Source of the DNA: Felis catus
Taxonomy: Eukaryota
NCBI RefSeq assembly: GCF_018350175.1
Contig: NC_058368.1
Span: 202,990,001 to 203,054,000, forward strand
Length of the DNA: 64,000 bases
Direction: 5' to 3'
Shown: positions 37,897 through 51,409 of the stretch, piece after piece
Position numbering within the stretch: position 1 is the first letter of the stretch
How the letters are laid out: each line of letters opens with the position of its first letter
Program-made: the position numbers and the translations under genes
Notes under the pieces: model-generated
The model's input: only the letters and a program-made list of their open reading frames with translations
What the model was told of the DNA's origin: nothing
Databases searched by the model: none

Positions 37897-38127
37897 GGGG
37901 TGCCTCGGTGGCTCAGTCGGCTGAGCGGCCGACTTGGGCTCAGGTCATGATCTCGCGGTCCGTGGGTTCGAGCCCTGCGTTGGGCTCTGCGCTGACAGCT
38001 CAGAGCCTGGAGCCTGTTCCAGATTCTGTGTCTCCCTCTATCTGACCCTCCCCCGTTCATGCTCTGTCTCTCTCTGTCTCAAAATAAATAAACGTTAAAA
38101 AAAATTTTAAAAATAAAATAAAATAAA
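37897..38127 (+). mobile_element. Can-SINE (SINEC_Fc type)
   Basis: Sense SINE; perfect TSD ATAAAATCTGTCTCTG at 37881-37896 and 38128-38143. Confidence 0.97.
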
Positions 38128-38794
38128 ATAAAATCTGTCTCTGTAATGGTATTCTCTATAATCCAATTGTAGCTTAATAAATGTTGATTTAAAAATCAGG
38201 TCTCATTTTTAATATTTTTTTGGTGGGTAGAGAGGGAAAGGAGCTGGGAAATTGTTCCCTGCTAACATGAAAAGATACAAAAGGTAGTATAGCACTTTGT
38301 GTCTTTTCTTCATTACAAGCATGTTATTAACTATCATTTAACTCTGATTTGTCAGACGGTATAACAATTGATATTTTCAATACTCCAGGAAAGACAGTCA
38401 CTTATTTTTTTTTTTACTGTAAAGGTCTTAATAGCTTTCTACATGAACTAAATTATACTAATTTTCACTGTTCAATATGTGATGGCATAACAATATAACA
38501 TTAAATATCTTTCGGGTATAAGAAAATGGCTATATGAGAATCTAAGAATAAGTAATTTATCGTGTATTTTTAAAGGGAAAAAATGATTAGCTTGATTCTA
38601 TTCTTTGCCAGTCTCGTTTTTTTCCACATCACTGTTCAAACAAAAGATTTCTCTAATTTTATGAAAACCATCTGGGACATTAGACATTACATTTGCTACA
38701 TAATGGAAAGAATTAAGGTAAGTATCATAAATAACGTTCATTGAATTGAATACATTCTGTCTTTGCCTCTGCCCTCACCCCTATATTCACCTGA

Positions 38795-38980
38795 TGTAGT
38801 AGAAAGAATTGCAGACCTGAAGTTAAAATATGAGGTTTGTACTCCAATTTTAACACATAGGATCTGGGTAACCCTGGGTCTGAGATTCTCAATCAGCCAC
38901 ATTGGAGTACTAATAATACTTACTTTACAAAGTTTTATCCAAGAAATAAATGAAATGGCATGCATACAAGCACAACTTAA
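38795..38980 (+). mobile_element. MIR
   Basis: GTAGTAGAAAGA...AATAATACTTACTTTACAAAG...AAATGAAATGGCATGCATACAAGCAC. Confidence 0.6.
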
Positions 38981-40110
38981 ATCTGGGAAGTAGGGGTCAT
39001 GTCTTAAGGCTCATTGTATTCTTAGCAATATGCGTGGCACTCTCTTGCATCTAGAATACGCTCAATTTACAGATGAAAAATTAGATCTAATAAATTATTG
39101 GAATTAACATTCCCAAAAGAGCCTTCACTTTCTAAGTAATTTGAGGGGATAAATGAAAGCTAGATCATTTTTTCTCCCCAAATTGTCAAGAAATTTCACA
39201 GAAAAGTCTTAAGCAACAAAGATTGACTTAACAGCATATATTTCCCAACTTCTTTTCTGATAAAGCTAAAACCATTTTATACGTCACTTAAAAGTAAACG
39301 TCTTTGGAAAAAAAATAGCTAGGAGGAATATGTTGGACCATGATTAATCATGGAGAAGTTGAACTGGATTCATGCCAACAGATGAAGCAGCCTTGGAGAA
39401 GTGTATTTTCTCTGTTCTTTAGATCTTTTTTTTAAAAAGATATAAACTCTAAGATGTCCTTCGTCTTCTTGATTTTAGAGGAGAATGGTTCACAGATATG
39501 AGTGAATGGAATCAATCCTTTTAAATTGGAAAATAATGAAAAAAAACGCCGTTTATTCCTAAAGCAGAAGCTGCAGCCAATATGCCTGTAAGATTTTAAG
39601 AGACTTGATTTTTTAAACTGATTTAGAAAATTTCTTCATACATATCCAAATCATTTGCATTTACAGAGATGTTGAACATTTAAATAGCAGTCATTTGTAT
39701 TTCAGACAGGTATGGTATCAGACAGAATGAGACATCTGGTAGAGCCTATAGGAAAGCATATTAGCTTGAGGATCTGAGGGAAATTCACAATTGAGAAGGA
39801 TAATAAAACAGTAAAAATAAGCCATATGTTGCTAATGATTGAGAATGTGAGAAGCATTTTTTAAATGCTGAGATCTACTACATGTGGATTTAATTTGTTT
39901 TCTGTAATACAAAATGGATAAGTTACTTTATATCTGGCAATGATGAGAGCATTTTTTCAGTGACACTGTAAAGGTGCCTTCCATCCATCTGTCCCTTTAC
40001 TTGGTGGAGAAGGATGACATATGACATATGACAAAGATGGCCCTAATCAATGTTAATATGCCCTATGGCTTTGTGAAAAATCTCTGGAGATTGGAAATTC
40101 AATATGCTTT

Positions 40111-40324
40111 CTTTTTTATTTAATGTTTATTTATTTATTTTGAGAGAGAGTGAGAGTGAACACAAATGGGGAAGGGGCAGAGAGAGAGAGGGAGAGAGAG
40201 AGAATACCAAGCAGGCTCTGTGTGCAGAGCCTGACATGGGGCTCGATCTCATGAACTGTGAGATCATTCCCCAGGCCAAAATCAAGAGTCAGATGCTTAA
40301 CTAACTGAGCCACCCAGGCACCCC
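40111..40324 (-). mobile_element. Can-SINE
   Basis: Antisense SINE; TSD TCAATATGCTTT at 40099-40110 and 40325-40336. Confidence 0.96.
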
Positions 40325-40608
40325 TCAATATGCTTTATTAAACAAATTTTCCATAAGATTATATGCTATCACAGACACTGCAAACTGAAATCATTTGACT
40401 ATAGGCTCTGAAAAATCCTAGAAACTATAAAATTGGTTGTGGAAACGACCTTAGAGATTTCTAAGCAGCTTGTCATTAGTTATAGACCCCTGACAGCCTG
40501 CATGAAAAGCATGAAGATATCTGTTAAAATGTAGATTCTTGGGCTACCCCAAATCTACTGAGTCGTTGTCAGACTCCTTAAAGTTTGGAAGTCAGTGATG
40601 TACAGGAA

Positions 40609-40899
40609 AGTACTGTTCAATATGGTAGCCATAGCCACATGTGGCTATTGGGTCTTTGAAATATGGCTAGTAAAATGTGTCAACCATAAAATACACTCCA
40701 GATTTTAAAGACTCATAAAAAATAATACCTTAACAATTTTACATTGATTACAAGCTGACAACTATAATATTGTGGATACATTGGATTAAATCAAATATAT
40801 TCTTAAAATGAATTTCACTATTTTTATATTTTAATATGGCTACTGGAAAATTATAAATTACACACATAGCTTACATCATATTTCTTTTGGAGAGCACTA
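40609..40899. mobile_element. MER33 hAT-Charlie element (second copy)
   Basis: AGTACTGTTCAATATGGTAGCCATAGCCACATGTGGC...TTGGAGAGCACTA; similar to 23209-23518. Confidence 0.85.
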
Positions 40900-41289
40900 C
40901 TCTCTAGACTATAGATATTTTGATAAAAATTTCATACCTTTTGTTCAACTTTACACTGAGACATTCATATTTTCTTAATAATTTATTAGAATATTTAAAG
41001 GATATTCACTTTTAATTTTTATTTGTGACACCCAAGTGCTAAATTTTATTCTTATTGCATAAATATCAACTATTTTTCATAAATATATAAAGTTAAGAGA
41101 AAACTCACCTCCATAAAAAAAATTTGCTGTAATTTGAATGCATGAATTTGAACAGTTGCCACAGACTCTTATTGCTAGGCCACTTTCCTAGAAATAACAG
41201 CTGACTGCTGTTTATGAATGAGATTACAACTGCTTCTTCCATATTAAAATGTGTGTGTTTGGGCACAGATGTAGGCACATACATTTAAT

Positions 41290-41710
41290 ACGGAAACTAC
41301 CTAGTTTATCAAACTAATTTCCTCTTCCAGCCAAGTACACGGCAAAACTACATATCCCAGTCACCCTTGTAATTACATGAAAGCATGTGACTATACTCTG
41401 AACAATGGATCTGGATGGAAATGACGGACCACACTTTCAAACATGGCCCATAAAACCCTCCCACTCACAATCCTCGATTCTTTTTCTCTATCAGAGTGAA
41501 ATGATGACAGCTCCAAAAACCAAGAAGAAAATACTACCACAAAAAATATAAGGAGCCCAAAAGTCCTAAGCAGACAACAATACCCCAGGAAAGTCTTCCA
41601 AAGAGCAAGACTCTTCAGATTATTTTATGAGTGAAAAAATTAAGAATAGTAATAGTGTATGTCACTTACATCTAAGAGCTGTTTGATATAGCAGTCAATT
41701 CACCCTAAAA
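41290..41710 (+). mobile_element. MaLR solo LTR (MLT1J-like)
   Basis: ACTACATATCCCAGTCACCCTTG...CATGTGACT...TGGCCCATAAAACCCTCCC. Confidence 0.7.
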
Positions 41711-41928
41711 AGTAGATATATTTTTCGAACGCTTTCCTCTCCTTTCTAGGTCCAAATAGGTAATGTTTCATATTCATTGTGTTCTTGGAATAAAATTATT
41801 ATTTCTAGAAAACATACAGTTTGCTTATCTTAGGCTTCTATAACTCATATTCATCTTTTCATTGGTAAAACTGCCTCAATTTTTCATGTTAAAATAGCTT
41901 AAATTTTATTATTTTCATTTGTATACAC

Positions 41929-42126
41929 CAGGATTTGGAAAATTCTTCTGTAAAGAGTCATATAGTATATATTTACACTTTGTGAGTATCACAACTAATC
42001 AACGCTGCTCTTGTGGACAAAAGTAGTCTAGACAATATATAAACACATGAGTATTTCTGTATTCCAACAAAACTTGATTTATAAAAACAGGCAGCCAATC
42101 GACAAACTATAGCTTGACGATCTCTG
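41929..42126. mobile_element. MER58A hAT-Charlie element
   Basis: CAGG...TTCTGTAAAGAGTCATATAGTA...TCCAACAAAACTTGATTTATAAAAACAGGCAGC...CTCTG. Confidence 0.8.
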
Positions 42127-45100
42127 GCGTAAACTGTTAATTGCTAACAAGAAATTTGGAGATACTAAATAATATTAGGATAACGCAGCATCTTCATGCA
42201 GCATGTTAAAATTATTGCTTATTTTTTAATGCTACTCTACACTCAGATGTACTTTAGTCTTTCTTGTTTAGTGTACACATTTTGGATAGATTTTTTCAGG
42301 GCTTCATCAAGAAGAAATATTTTTGTGTTTACCTACATTGTTTGGCCACTTTGAATATCAGTTTGGGCTTGTCTTGTTTTATTGCTTTTGTGCGCTCTAT
42401 TTCTTTACCTACTAAAAACATTTTTTTAAGTATTTGAGTAGAACTTACAGGGCAGTGTATTAAGAAGACGGAAGGGAAAAAATGAATTTCAGACAGAAAA
42501 TAATTAGTTACCTAAGACATAAAACAATCACGCATTTAAACTGTCTTGAGAAAAGAAATCTCTTTGCAGCTTTTTTTTTTTTCCTGAAAATTCTGGCATT
42601 CTTTTCTTTGTATTATTGTTTGTTATATTTTTGGAACATCTTCCTAAATTTTATTCTATAAGATCTGTTTCTATGAGAGCTTAATTTAGACCCCACATCA
42701 GTGATTTTACATAATTTTTCTCTATAGACAATGCAATTGAAATTAACTCCCCAAAAGGAAATAAGTAACCTCTAGGAGAAGAAACACATTGTGGCAATGC
42801 ATTTCCACCACTTGGCTTTGACTATAAATTAATCAGACAGCACACAGAAGAGACAGGGATAAAAAAATTAGTTTCAATTGAATGACTTCCTTTAAAGCAC
42901 TGAAATCTAATTTGGGTGAACTTTTGCTTGATTGTGTCAATTTGATCGAGGCAGAAAAATAACAAATCTTCACATTAGTTGCATCATTTACATAACCTCT
43001 ACCATTCACATCTTATGAAATGTTTAATTTTTAATCACTTCATGTCATATATCATAAACAAATTTAGTAAGAATCAAGCATCTCATACATATTTTAAATA
43101 AAGCTCAACTTTAAGACCAAGAGTCCTGTGATACAATTTTAAGTGTTCTCTCTGGTTATGTAATAAGAGTTGATCACAAGTTTTCTGTCTACCATAAAAA
43201 TGAAGAAATAAGGAAGTTCGTGCTATAGTCCATTGATTGCAGTCAGCATTGCAATTGCCTCAGCCACCATTGTAGGCTTGTTTTTGTTGCTTCATACTGG
43301 ATTTACTATCAGTAGTTTCTACTTTTTCTCACGCATACCTAATAGGAGAAAATAAGTAGGAAATGGGAAAATGTTCCACGAGGAAAAGTGATGAGAGAGG
43401 CCAGCCATATCTCGATTCCTGGAGAAAAACAGTGCTTGTTTTGTAAAGTCAGAAAGAGTTTTCTTAAGGAGTCAAGAATATTTTTCACAAAGCCTTATAA
43501 CTATGTACAATCCATAAGAAACTCAGCAACTTCAAGATATATGTCCATCAGTATTTGAACATATTTATATCAGTCTTGACAATCCCAAGTTCCTCTGACC
43601 CTCACACTGTTACCAACTTGGTGAGAGTCTTTAAAAGTGCTGCCCTCAGTCAAAACTGACTCTATTTTTACATTATAAAATTGAACAGCCAACAAATTCT
43701 GAATTTACTGAAGAACTAGGACAAGTTCAGGATTTGGTGAAGGCAGAGAAAGAATAGTGCTTATTATTAAGAAAGCTTTCCATATTTATTCTTCCTTGGA
43801 AATAATTCTGGCTCTATGCAATTAGTTGTTGTAAGTTAAATATTTCAGGAATTTCAATATTCATTGGAAATTCTTTTGGCACCAACAGCCAACTGATTCC
43901 AAAGCATATTTGTGACTTTGAGAAATGGGATGGTAGATGCAGTTTGAAATAAGGCTTCCTTTCTTACAAATGCTTTTTGCTTTATTCATTTTACCATGTC
44001 ACAGTGTTTTTTTTAAATAATATCCTAATGCACGTACCATGATATCTCTGACAATGTAAGGGAAAAGGCTAACATTTTCCATCCATAAGAGAACAAAAAG
44101 AGAGACACTCAGATACACAGATATACATACCACAAAAAGTACAAGAACCAGAATTTAATTCTATGGACTATAACAAAGTTTCAGAACACCACAGTTTGAG
44201 GATTTTATCATTCTTTATCTAGGAAGACTCATGGATTTTTCTTGCGGCAGAAAGATTCCAAAAAGATCAATTCATACATCATGGCCTTTCAAGGCTGCTG
44301 TGTTTCAGAAGCGCCTGTCTAGAGAGATTGATAAGGCTGTTCTGTTCTTGATTTCCTATTGCTCGGTTTCTCTGCCATCAATCTCACACAACCAGGATGG
44401 CTAGAAGCAGGGCTAGTGACAGTATGACAGAGCTCAGAGAGTCTTTCTAAGACCAAACAGATGGAGTGTGTCCATTCTGTGGAAGAAGTACCTCCCCCGT
44501 CCCCTCTTCAGAATCTTTAAATAAAATAGCACATAAATTCTTCTGTGTGCCTCTCTCTCCTCCTCCTCCTTTTCTCTTCCTGCCCCCCTCTCTCTCTTTC
44601 ATTTCCAACCTCAAGACCCTATTTTCTGACTGTCTAGTTCTAGACTCTACTAAAAAGAGTACTATTTTTTAATTAGTTTGTTCTATTAATTTATGCTTTA
44701 ACTTCTCAATTTTTCCTAAATTTAATTTTTTTGACCACAGTTCTAGATGAGAGAAACAGGCCTCCTACTTACAAACATGCATACACACATATACAGCACA
44801 GGGGTAGATTGAGGCCAACTAAGGAGGCTTTTAAGTATTAAAATATTCATGTCAGAGAGTCAAGGCCTGCTTCATAAGTTCTTTTTTTTTAAGAACAGTA
44901 CTAAGAAATTCAAAACATGTCCCTGCCTGAGAGATAGCATGTTTAAATTCTTAATGTCTAGGCAATTTCTGCATATGTCAACTTTTAAAATTTGCTTGAT
45001 CATCCATTTAATTTTTCTATGCTATGGTTCCATCCCTTTGCTGTTTTGTATTATTTCAATACCAGTCAAAACTATCCTTCTTCTCAGTTCAAATGAACTT

Positions 45101-45178
45101 TTATTCTACATAAAATTTTATGCACCTATTATGTGTCCAGCATTGTATAGCATGAAGACTATAAAGGTGAGTAAAATT

Positions 45179-45388
45179 GGGGTGACTGGGTGGCTCAGTC
45201 GGTTGGGCATCTGACTTCGGCTCAGGTCATGATCTCACAGTCCGTTCGTTTGAGCCCCCCGTGGGGCTCTGTGCTGTCGGTTCAGAGCCTGAAGCCTGCT
45301 TCAGATTCTGTGTCTCCCTCTCTCTCTGCCCCTCCCCTACTCACACTCTGTCTCTATCAAAAAATGAATAAATGTTAAAAAAATTTTT
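45179..45388 (+). mobile_element. Can-SINE, inserted in an L2 remnant
   Basis: Sense SINE; perfect TSD TAAAGGTGAGTAAAAT at 45162-45177 and 45389-45404. Confidence 0.96.
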
Positions 45389-45699
45389 TAAAGGTGAGTA
45401 AAATAACCCTAGTTTCTGTCCCCATAAATTTTATAGTGTTGTCGGTAATTCATACGTAATCAAAGAATCTCATAGCAGTATTTGTATTAGCTAGCTCCGA
45501 AATTGCCAATGGTCCTCTGATGATGTAAAACAAGGAGCTGACCTTGTTTGGGAAGTTAAGGAAATGCTTGCTGGGGGAAGCAAAAGGTGAACTGAGATTT
45601 GAAGGGTGACTGGAAACATTCGTCTTTATTTTTTCTAGAAATAGGTTTATTGTCACCATGGAACACAAGTTTCCGTTTAATTTGTGTTTCTGGCAGACC

Positions 45700-46260
45700 C
45701 CGAAGGTGGCCAACACAACACCCATCCTTCATCATGTTCTCTCTTGCTGCGGAGACTTTGCTTTGTTCATGTTTACCCTTCCTCTGTTTGCAGGAGATAT
45801 GAGGATGAATGTCAATTGTCTAACCCAATTATAGTCATTCTGTTCTTCTCGCAAGTAATTTTTTAGGCATATCATTAATTTTAACCTGGTCAATGAGACA
45901 TCAGGGGAAGCTTCCTGGGGGCTTCTGGGAAAATGCTTTATAAGGAGATATGTTAGGAAAACTGCACTTTGTGCCTTTGGACGTTGCTGAAGACCTGATA
46001 TTTAAAAGAGCTGTAGCCATTGCATAACCATAGAAAAGGTGCAGGTGTTCCGTTAAGTGGAGGATGGAAGCATGGAAAGATGGAAGGAACACATGTCCTT
46101 GCTGATATCATTTAGCTCTTGGGTTTACTTTGGAGTTCTGGCCTAGTCTCTGGACGGGGTCAGTGAGATGATTCACAACTATCTTTAAGCCTCTGTTTGT
46201 CGCTGAAACAAAATTATTCCAATTGGGGAAAAAAGTTATTCTTAGATTTGGCAGACTAAT
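45700..46260 (+). mobile_element. Old MaLR/ERVL LTR (MLT1J/K- or LTR16-like)
   Basis: CTGGTCAATGAGACA...GGGGGCTTCTGGGAAA...TTTAAGCC. Confidence 0.5.
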
Positions 46261-46574
46261 TATAAAATCATAACAACAATAAAAAAGATCTGGAAAGAGC
46301 CACATAATGGTTAGCTATAGAGAGGGAAGAAGTGCTGGAGGATAGGAGATGAGTGATTTTGGCAAGGTCACAAAGAGTATATATTCATCTACGACTTTGA
46401 TAATTAAAGATTTTTTTAAAAGCAACAAAATATAATTTTCCCCCTCATTATAGAAATTAAATCTTTCCAGGCTTTAACACACTGCCTTCACTGCCTGACT
46501 TAGAGAGACTACCCAATTACTGTTCCAACTAATGTTTACTGAATGAATAAATGTATCAAACCTTTCCAAAGTAT

Positions 46575-46780
46575 CTGGAGAAGGATAAAACCATTGCATA
46601 CACTTTATTTAATTCCTACTGGACATCAACTTTGTGAGTAGCATTATTTCCACTTTCTATATGCAGAAATTCAGCCTCAGAGAGATTTAGTAACAACATA
46701 GCTGTTGAGACATAAAACTAAAATTTAAACCCAAGGTTTTCTGACTTAAAAGCCCAGAAGTTTCTTCAGTTAGGCTCTTT
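46575..46780 (-). mobile_element. MIR
   Basis: ATTATTTCCACTTTCTATATGCAGAAATTCAGCCTCAGAGAG...TTTAAACCCAAGG...CTGAC. Confidence 0.7.
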
Positions 46781-47699
46781 TTCACGATATATGATCAATA
46801 ATTAGCAGGATGGATTGTTTTTCATTTTACTTGTAATTCTACCACTCTTTTTACTAATTATTTGAATTCCTTAGATTTCTGACCTTTTCTTCTAAAGAGA
46901 AAAACAAGTTCCTTCTCTCAGTTCATGGTTTTCCTGCTTATTATCAGGAAATATTCTGGTTTTTGTCTTTCCCTAATGGGGGTCCTCAAGTCAGTCATCT
47001 CAGAATCACTTCTTAGACTTGGAGAAAAAAGTGTTTCTAGGATGCATGTAATGGTTAGATACAAGAATATACATTACATATATTATTTAAAGACCTAGAG
47101 AGACTCTTAACATATGCACCAAAGTTGAACAACCACCACATTCCACTCAGAAAATATGCTATTTTTGTTAAATAAAATTCACCCATACAAAGAGGAAAAA
47201 GCCCCTTAAGAATATAAATAATAGTCATGCTATCTAAACTAGCATAAAAATAAATCGATTTATTTGCTTATTTCCCTTTTTAAATTAAAAAAGTGTGTTT
47301 TATTTTAATTCCAGTTAGTTCACATAAAATGCTATATTAGTTTCAGGTATACAATACAGTGCTTCAACAATTTCATACATCACCCTGTGCTCATCACAAG
47401 TGAACTCCTTAATCCCCATCTCCTCTTTAACCCATCCCCCACCCCTTCCCTTCTGGTAATCACCAGATGGTTCTCTATAATTAAAAGTCTGTTTTTGCTT
47501 TGACTCTCTCTCTCTCTCTCTCTCTCTCTCATTGTTTTCCTTTGTGTATTTGTTTTGTTTTTTAAATTCCACGAGTGAAATCATACAGTATTTGTCTTTC
47601 TCTGACTTATTTCACTTAGTGTTATACTTTCTAACTCCATCCATGTCATTGCAAATGGCAAGAATTCATTCATTTTTATGACTGAATAATATTCCATCA

Positions 47700-47764
47700 T
47701 ATATATATCATATATATATGAAGATATATATATATATATGAATATATATATATATCACATCTTC

Positions 47765-47835
<71 letters not shown>
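47700..47835. repeat. Compound (TA)n/(TG)n microsatellite within L1
   Basis: Read directly; TATCACATCTTC occurs twice. Confidence 0.9.
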
Positions 47836-47837
<2 letters not shown>

Positions 47838-49211
47838 ATCTTCTCTATTCACTCATCAGTCTGTTGATACTTGGGCTGCTTCCATATCTTGGCTATTGTA
47901 AATAATGCTGCTATAAATATAGGGGTGCATGTATCCCTCTGATTAGTGTTTTTACATCCAGAAAATGCTGGATCATAAGGTAGTTCTATTTTTAACTTTT
48001 TGAGGAACTTCCATACTGTTTTCCCTACTGGCTGCACCAGTTTGCATTCCCACCAACAGTGCACAAGGGTTCCTTTTTCTCTACATCCTTGTTAACACCT
48101 GTTGTTTTTTGTGTTGTTGATTTTAGCAATTCTCACAGGTGTGAGATGATATCTCATTGTAGCTTTGACTTGCATTTCCCTAATGATAAGTGATGGTGAG
48201 CATCTTTTCATGTCTATTGGCCATCTGGATGTCTTCTTTGGAGAAATGTATGTTCATGTCTTCTGCTCATTTTTTAACTAGGTTATTTGTTTTTTGGGGT
48301 GTTGGGTTTTATAAGTTCTCACATTTAGGTCTTTAATCCATTTTGAATTTCTTTTTGTGTATGGTATAATTTTCATTCTTTTGCATGTGGCTGTCCAGTT
48401 TTCCCAATACCATTTATTGAAGAGAGTCTTTTTCCCACTGGATATTCTTTCCTACTTTTCTGAAGATTAATTGGCTATATAATTGTGGGTTTATTTCTGG
48501 ATTTTCTATTCTGTTTTATTGATCTATATGTCTGTTTTTGCACCAGTACCATGCTGTTTTGATCACTACAGATTTGTAATGTAACTCGAAGTCTGGAATT
48601 GTGATGCCTCCTGCTTTGCTTTATTTTTCAAGATTGCTTTGGCTATTGAGGGCTTTTTGGGGTTTCTTACAAATTTTAGGATTGTTTGTTCTAGTTCTGT
48701 GAAAAATGCTGTTGGCATTTTGATAGGGATTGCATCAAATGTGTAGTTTGCTTTAGGTAGCATAGGCATTTTAACAATAATTGTTTTCCAATTCATGAGC
48801 ATTGAATATCTTTCTATTTCTTTGTGTTGTCTTGAATTTCTTTAATCAATTTTTTTATAGTTTTCAAAATGCAGGTCTTTCGTCTCTTTGGTTAGGTTTA
48901 TTCCTAGGTATCTTATTAAATGGGATTGTTTCCTTAATTTCTTTTTCTGCTGTTTCATTATTGGGCATAGAAATACAACAAATTTCTATACATTTATTTT
49001 GTATCCTGAAACTTTAGTGAACTCCTTTATCAGTTCTGGCAGGTTTTTTGTTGGCATCTTTAGAGTTTTCTATATAGAGTATCATGTCATCTCCAAATAG
49101 TGAAAGTTTTATTTCTTCCTTACCAATTTTGATTCCTTTTATTTCTTTTTGTAGTCTGATTGGCTGTGGCTAGGACTTGCATGACTACATTCAATAAAAG
49201 TGTTGATAGTG

Positions 49212-49429
49212 GGGGCGCCTGGGTGGCTCAGTCGGTTAAGCATCCGACTTCGGCTCAGGTCATGATCTCGCGGTCCGTGAGTTCAAGCCCCGCGTTGGGC
49301 TCTGTGCTGACCGCTCAGAGCCTGGAGCCTGTTTCAGATTCTCTGTCTCCCTCTCTCTCTGACCCTCCCCCATTCATGTTCTGTCTCTCTCTGTCTCAAA
49401 AATAAATAAACGTTAAAAAAATTAAAAAA
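49212..49429 (+). mobile_element. Can-SINE (SINEC_Fc type) within L1
   Basis: Sense SINE; perfect TSD AAAAGTGTTGATAGTG at 49196-49211 and 49430-49445. Confidence 0.97.
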
Positions 49430-51121
49430 AAAAGTGTTGATAGTGGACATCCTTGTCTTGCTCCTGACCTTAGGGGAAAAGCTCTCAGTTTCTCCCCATT
49501 AAGGATGATGTTAACTGTGGGTTTTTCATAGATGGCCTTTATTATGTTGAGGTTTGTTCCTCTTATTTTTTGAGAGTTTTATCATTATTTTCTCATTTCT
49601 TAATATTCAAAATAAATACTTGACTCTCAAGAAAATACATGGCCCTTCTATTTATTTCATCAAAAGTCGATTTAAAAATAATTTATTTTTTATCAAGTTA
49701 GATTATACTACCAAAACAAATTTGTTTAAACTAAAAACAGTGATCTATATCAGTCTGAACTTTCTTTAATAATAAGTACATGTAAACAAAAGTAAATTAT
49801 AAGCTGGCAGTTTGGTCTAATATGATATTTTTAATATAGTCACACACCACATTATCTGTATGTTTAAAAAAACCTGAAAAGTGCAGTTACATCTTTTGTT
49901 ATACCTTTGGGGTGCTCTGGAATCTTGTAGTAGAAAAACCAAAGAACATATGTTAAGCGCAATTAGATGCTATTCCATAATCCCCAATGTTTTCATTTTT
50001 ATCCAATCTAAAAATGACACGATTCCCTTTAAGCATTTCTTTTTATAAATGAAAAATAAATGATGTGTTTAATAAGCTAATTCAGAATATACTTTCTGAT
50101 GTCTCTGATTGTTTAGATAAAATGGCCTACAGAAGACAAGAAATTCACTCACTCATTTATGCTGACATCTACTGAATACATACCATATCCCAGGCATTGT
50201 TAGATGCACAGAATGTGCTAAGTCCAGTAGAACATGTGGGCAGAGACAAATGCATTTGTAAATAGAAGGAAACCCAAAGAATTGTGTTTTCAGGCACATT
50301 TAATAGCTTGACAAAGGCATGTAGTGGAATTAGGTTGTACAAGGAAGAGAATTAGATCATCAAGAGGCTTGTATACTAGGTTAAAGACTTTGAGTGTTAT
50401 TTTGAAAATGTAAGAGATTCTAAGAAGTATAATGACTTTAAAAAGTCCAATGATATAAAATTACTCCGAATTAAGGGCTATAAACATAGATTAGAGGTCA
50501 TTATCTTTATCCATTTCTTTCTAATGACCAGTGAGTTAATCAACTAGTTATACCCCTGGGGAAAGTTATTTAACTTCTCTACTTTGATATTTATAATTAT
50601 TGATTCTCAAACCACGTCCCCAAAAGGTTTGCCATTCCATAGAGCCCTTCCAAAGCCCTCTGTATGGAGGAATCTGGGAACACCCACACAAAACACATCC
50701 CCATACAAAGCTTTGGATAAGCTTAGATTTACACAGAGCATGATCTACCCTGGACAGATATGCTTATCTACTGTCATAAGATAACGTGCCCAGATTCTAA
50801 TCTAACTCAGATGATAGCATGTGATTCACCTTTCCTTCCCCATCTCCAACTCTGTCCCAACTCTACTTCCTTGTAAATTGGATTCAATTTCTCAAGTTTT
50901 CTTCAAGCAGAGAAGTTGGCCAATGACAGCTTGAGGTTTTCATCATTCAAGTTGGGAAGAACATAAGGAAAATGAGAACTTCAAATTCTTTGCACTCACA
51001 TATGAATACTGGACAAGAAAAGTCTGAATGGCTAGTCTTGGATCATGTGTTTAGGTCACATCTCCACATCCATAGGTAATAACTTCTGATCAAATTAAAT
51101 CCACACACGTACATACATATA

Positions 51122-51125
<4 letters not shown>

Positions 51126-51161
<36 letters not shown>
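51126..51161 (+). repeat. (CA)18 microsatellite
   Basis: Read directly. Confidence 0.95.
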
Positions 51162-51162
<1 letters not shown>

Positions 51163-51409
51163 TGTTTCCTTTATATTGAAACATTCATTTTAAGTGAAAA
51201 TCTCACAACTGGTAGTAAGGAAAGGAATGATCAAAACTACTCTTCTTTCCTGTCAGTGTAAACAGAATTTGGGAGAAAGAGAGTGTTAACATGGGCTTGT
51301 AGCACAATTTAGAGTATTTCTACTTCTTATTTTTTATTACAATCTTGTACTTTATTGTCTGGATCAATGGTCCTGTTCTTTCACCCAGGTTTTTCATAGA
51401 AATTTACTC

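Larger units (their letters stand above)
47295..49560 (-). mobile_element. Carnivore L1, 5'-truncated and internally deleted, carrying a SINE
   Basis: Antisense 3'UTR from 47295; ORF2 pieces [11 protein letters not shown] (47849) and [20 protein letters not shown] (48566); RT region to ~49560; jump at ~48320. Confidence 0.95.

Noticed and set aside
39338..39353. Perfect 16-bp palindrome CCATGATTAATCATGG
   Set aside because: About one such palindrome is expected by chance in 64 kb (64000/4^8)
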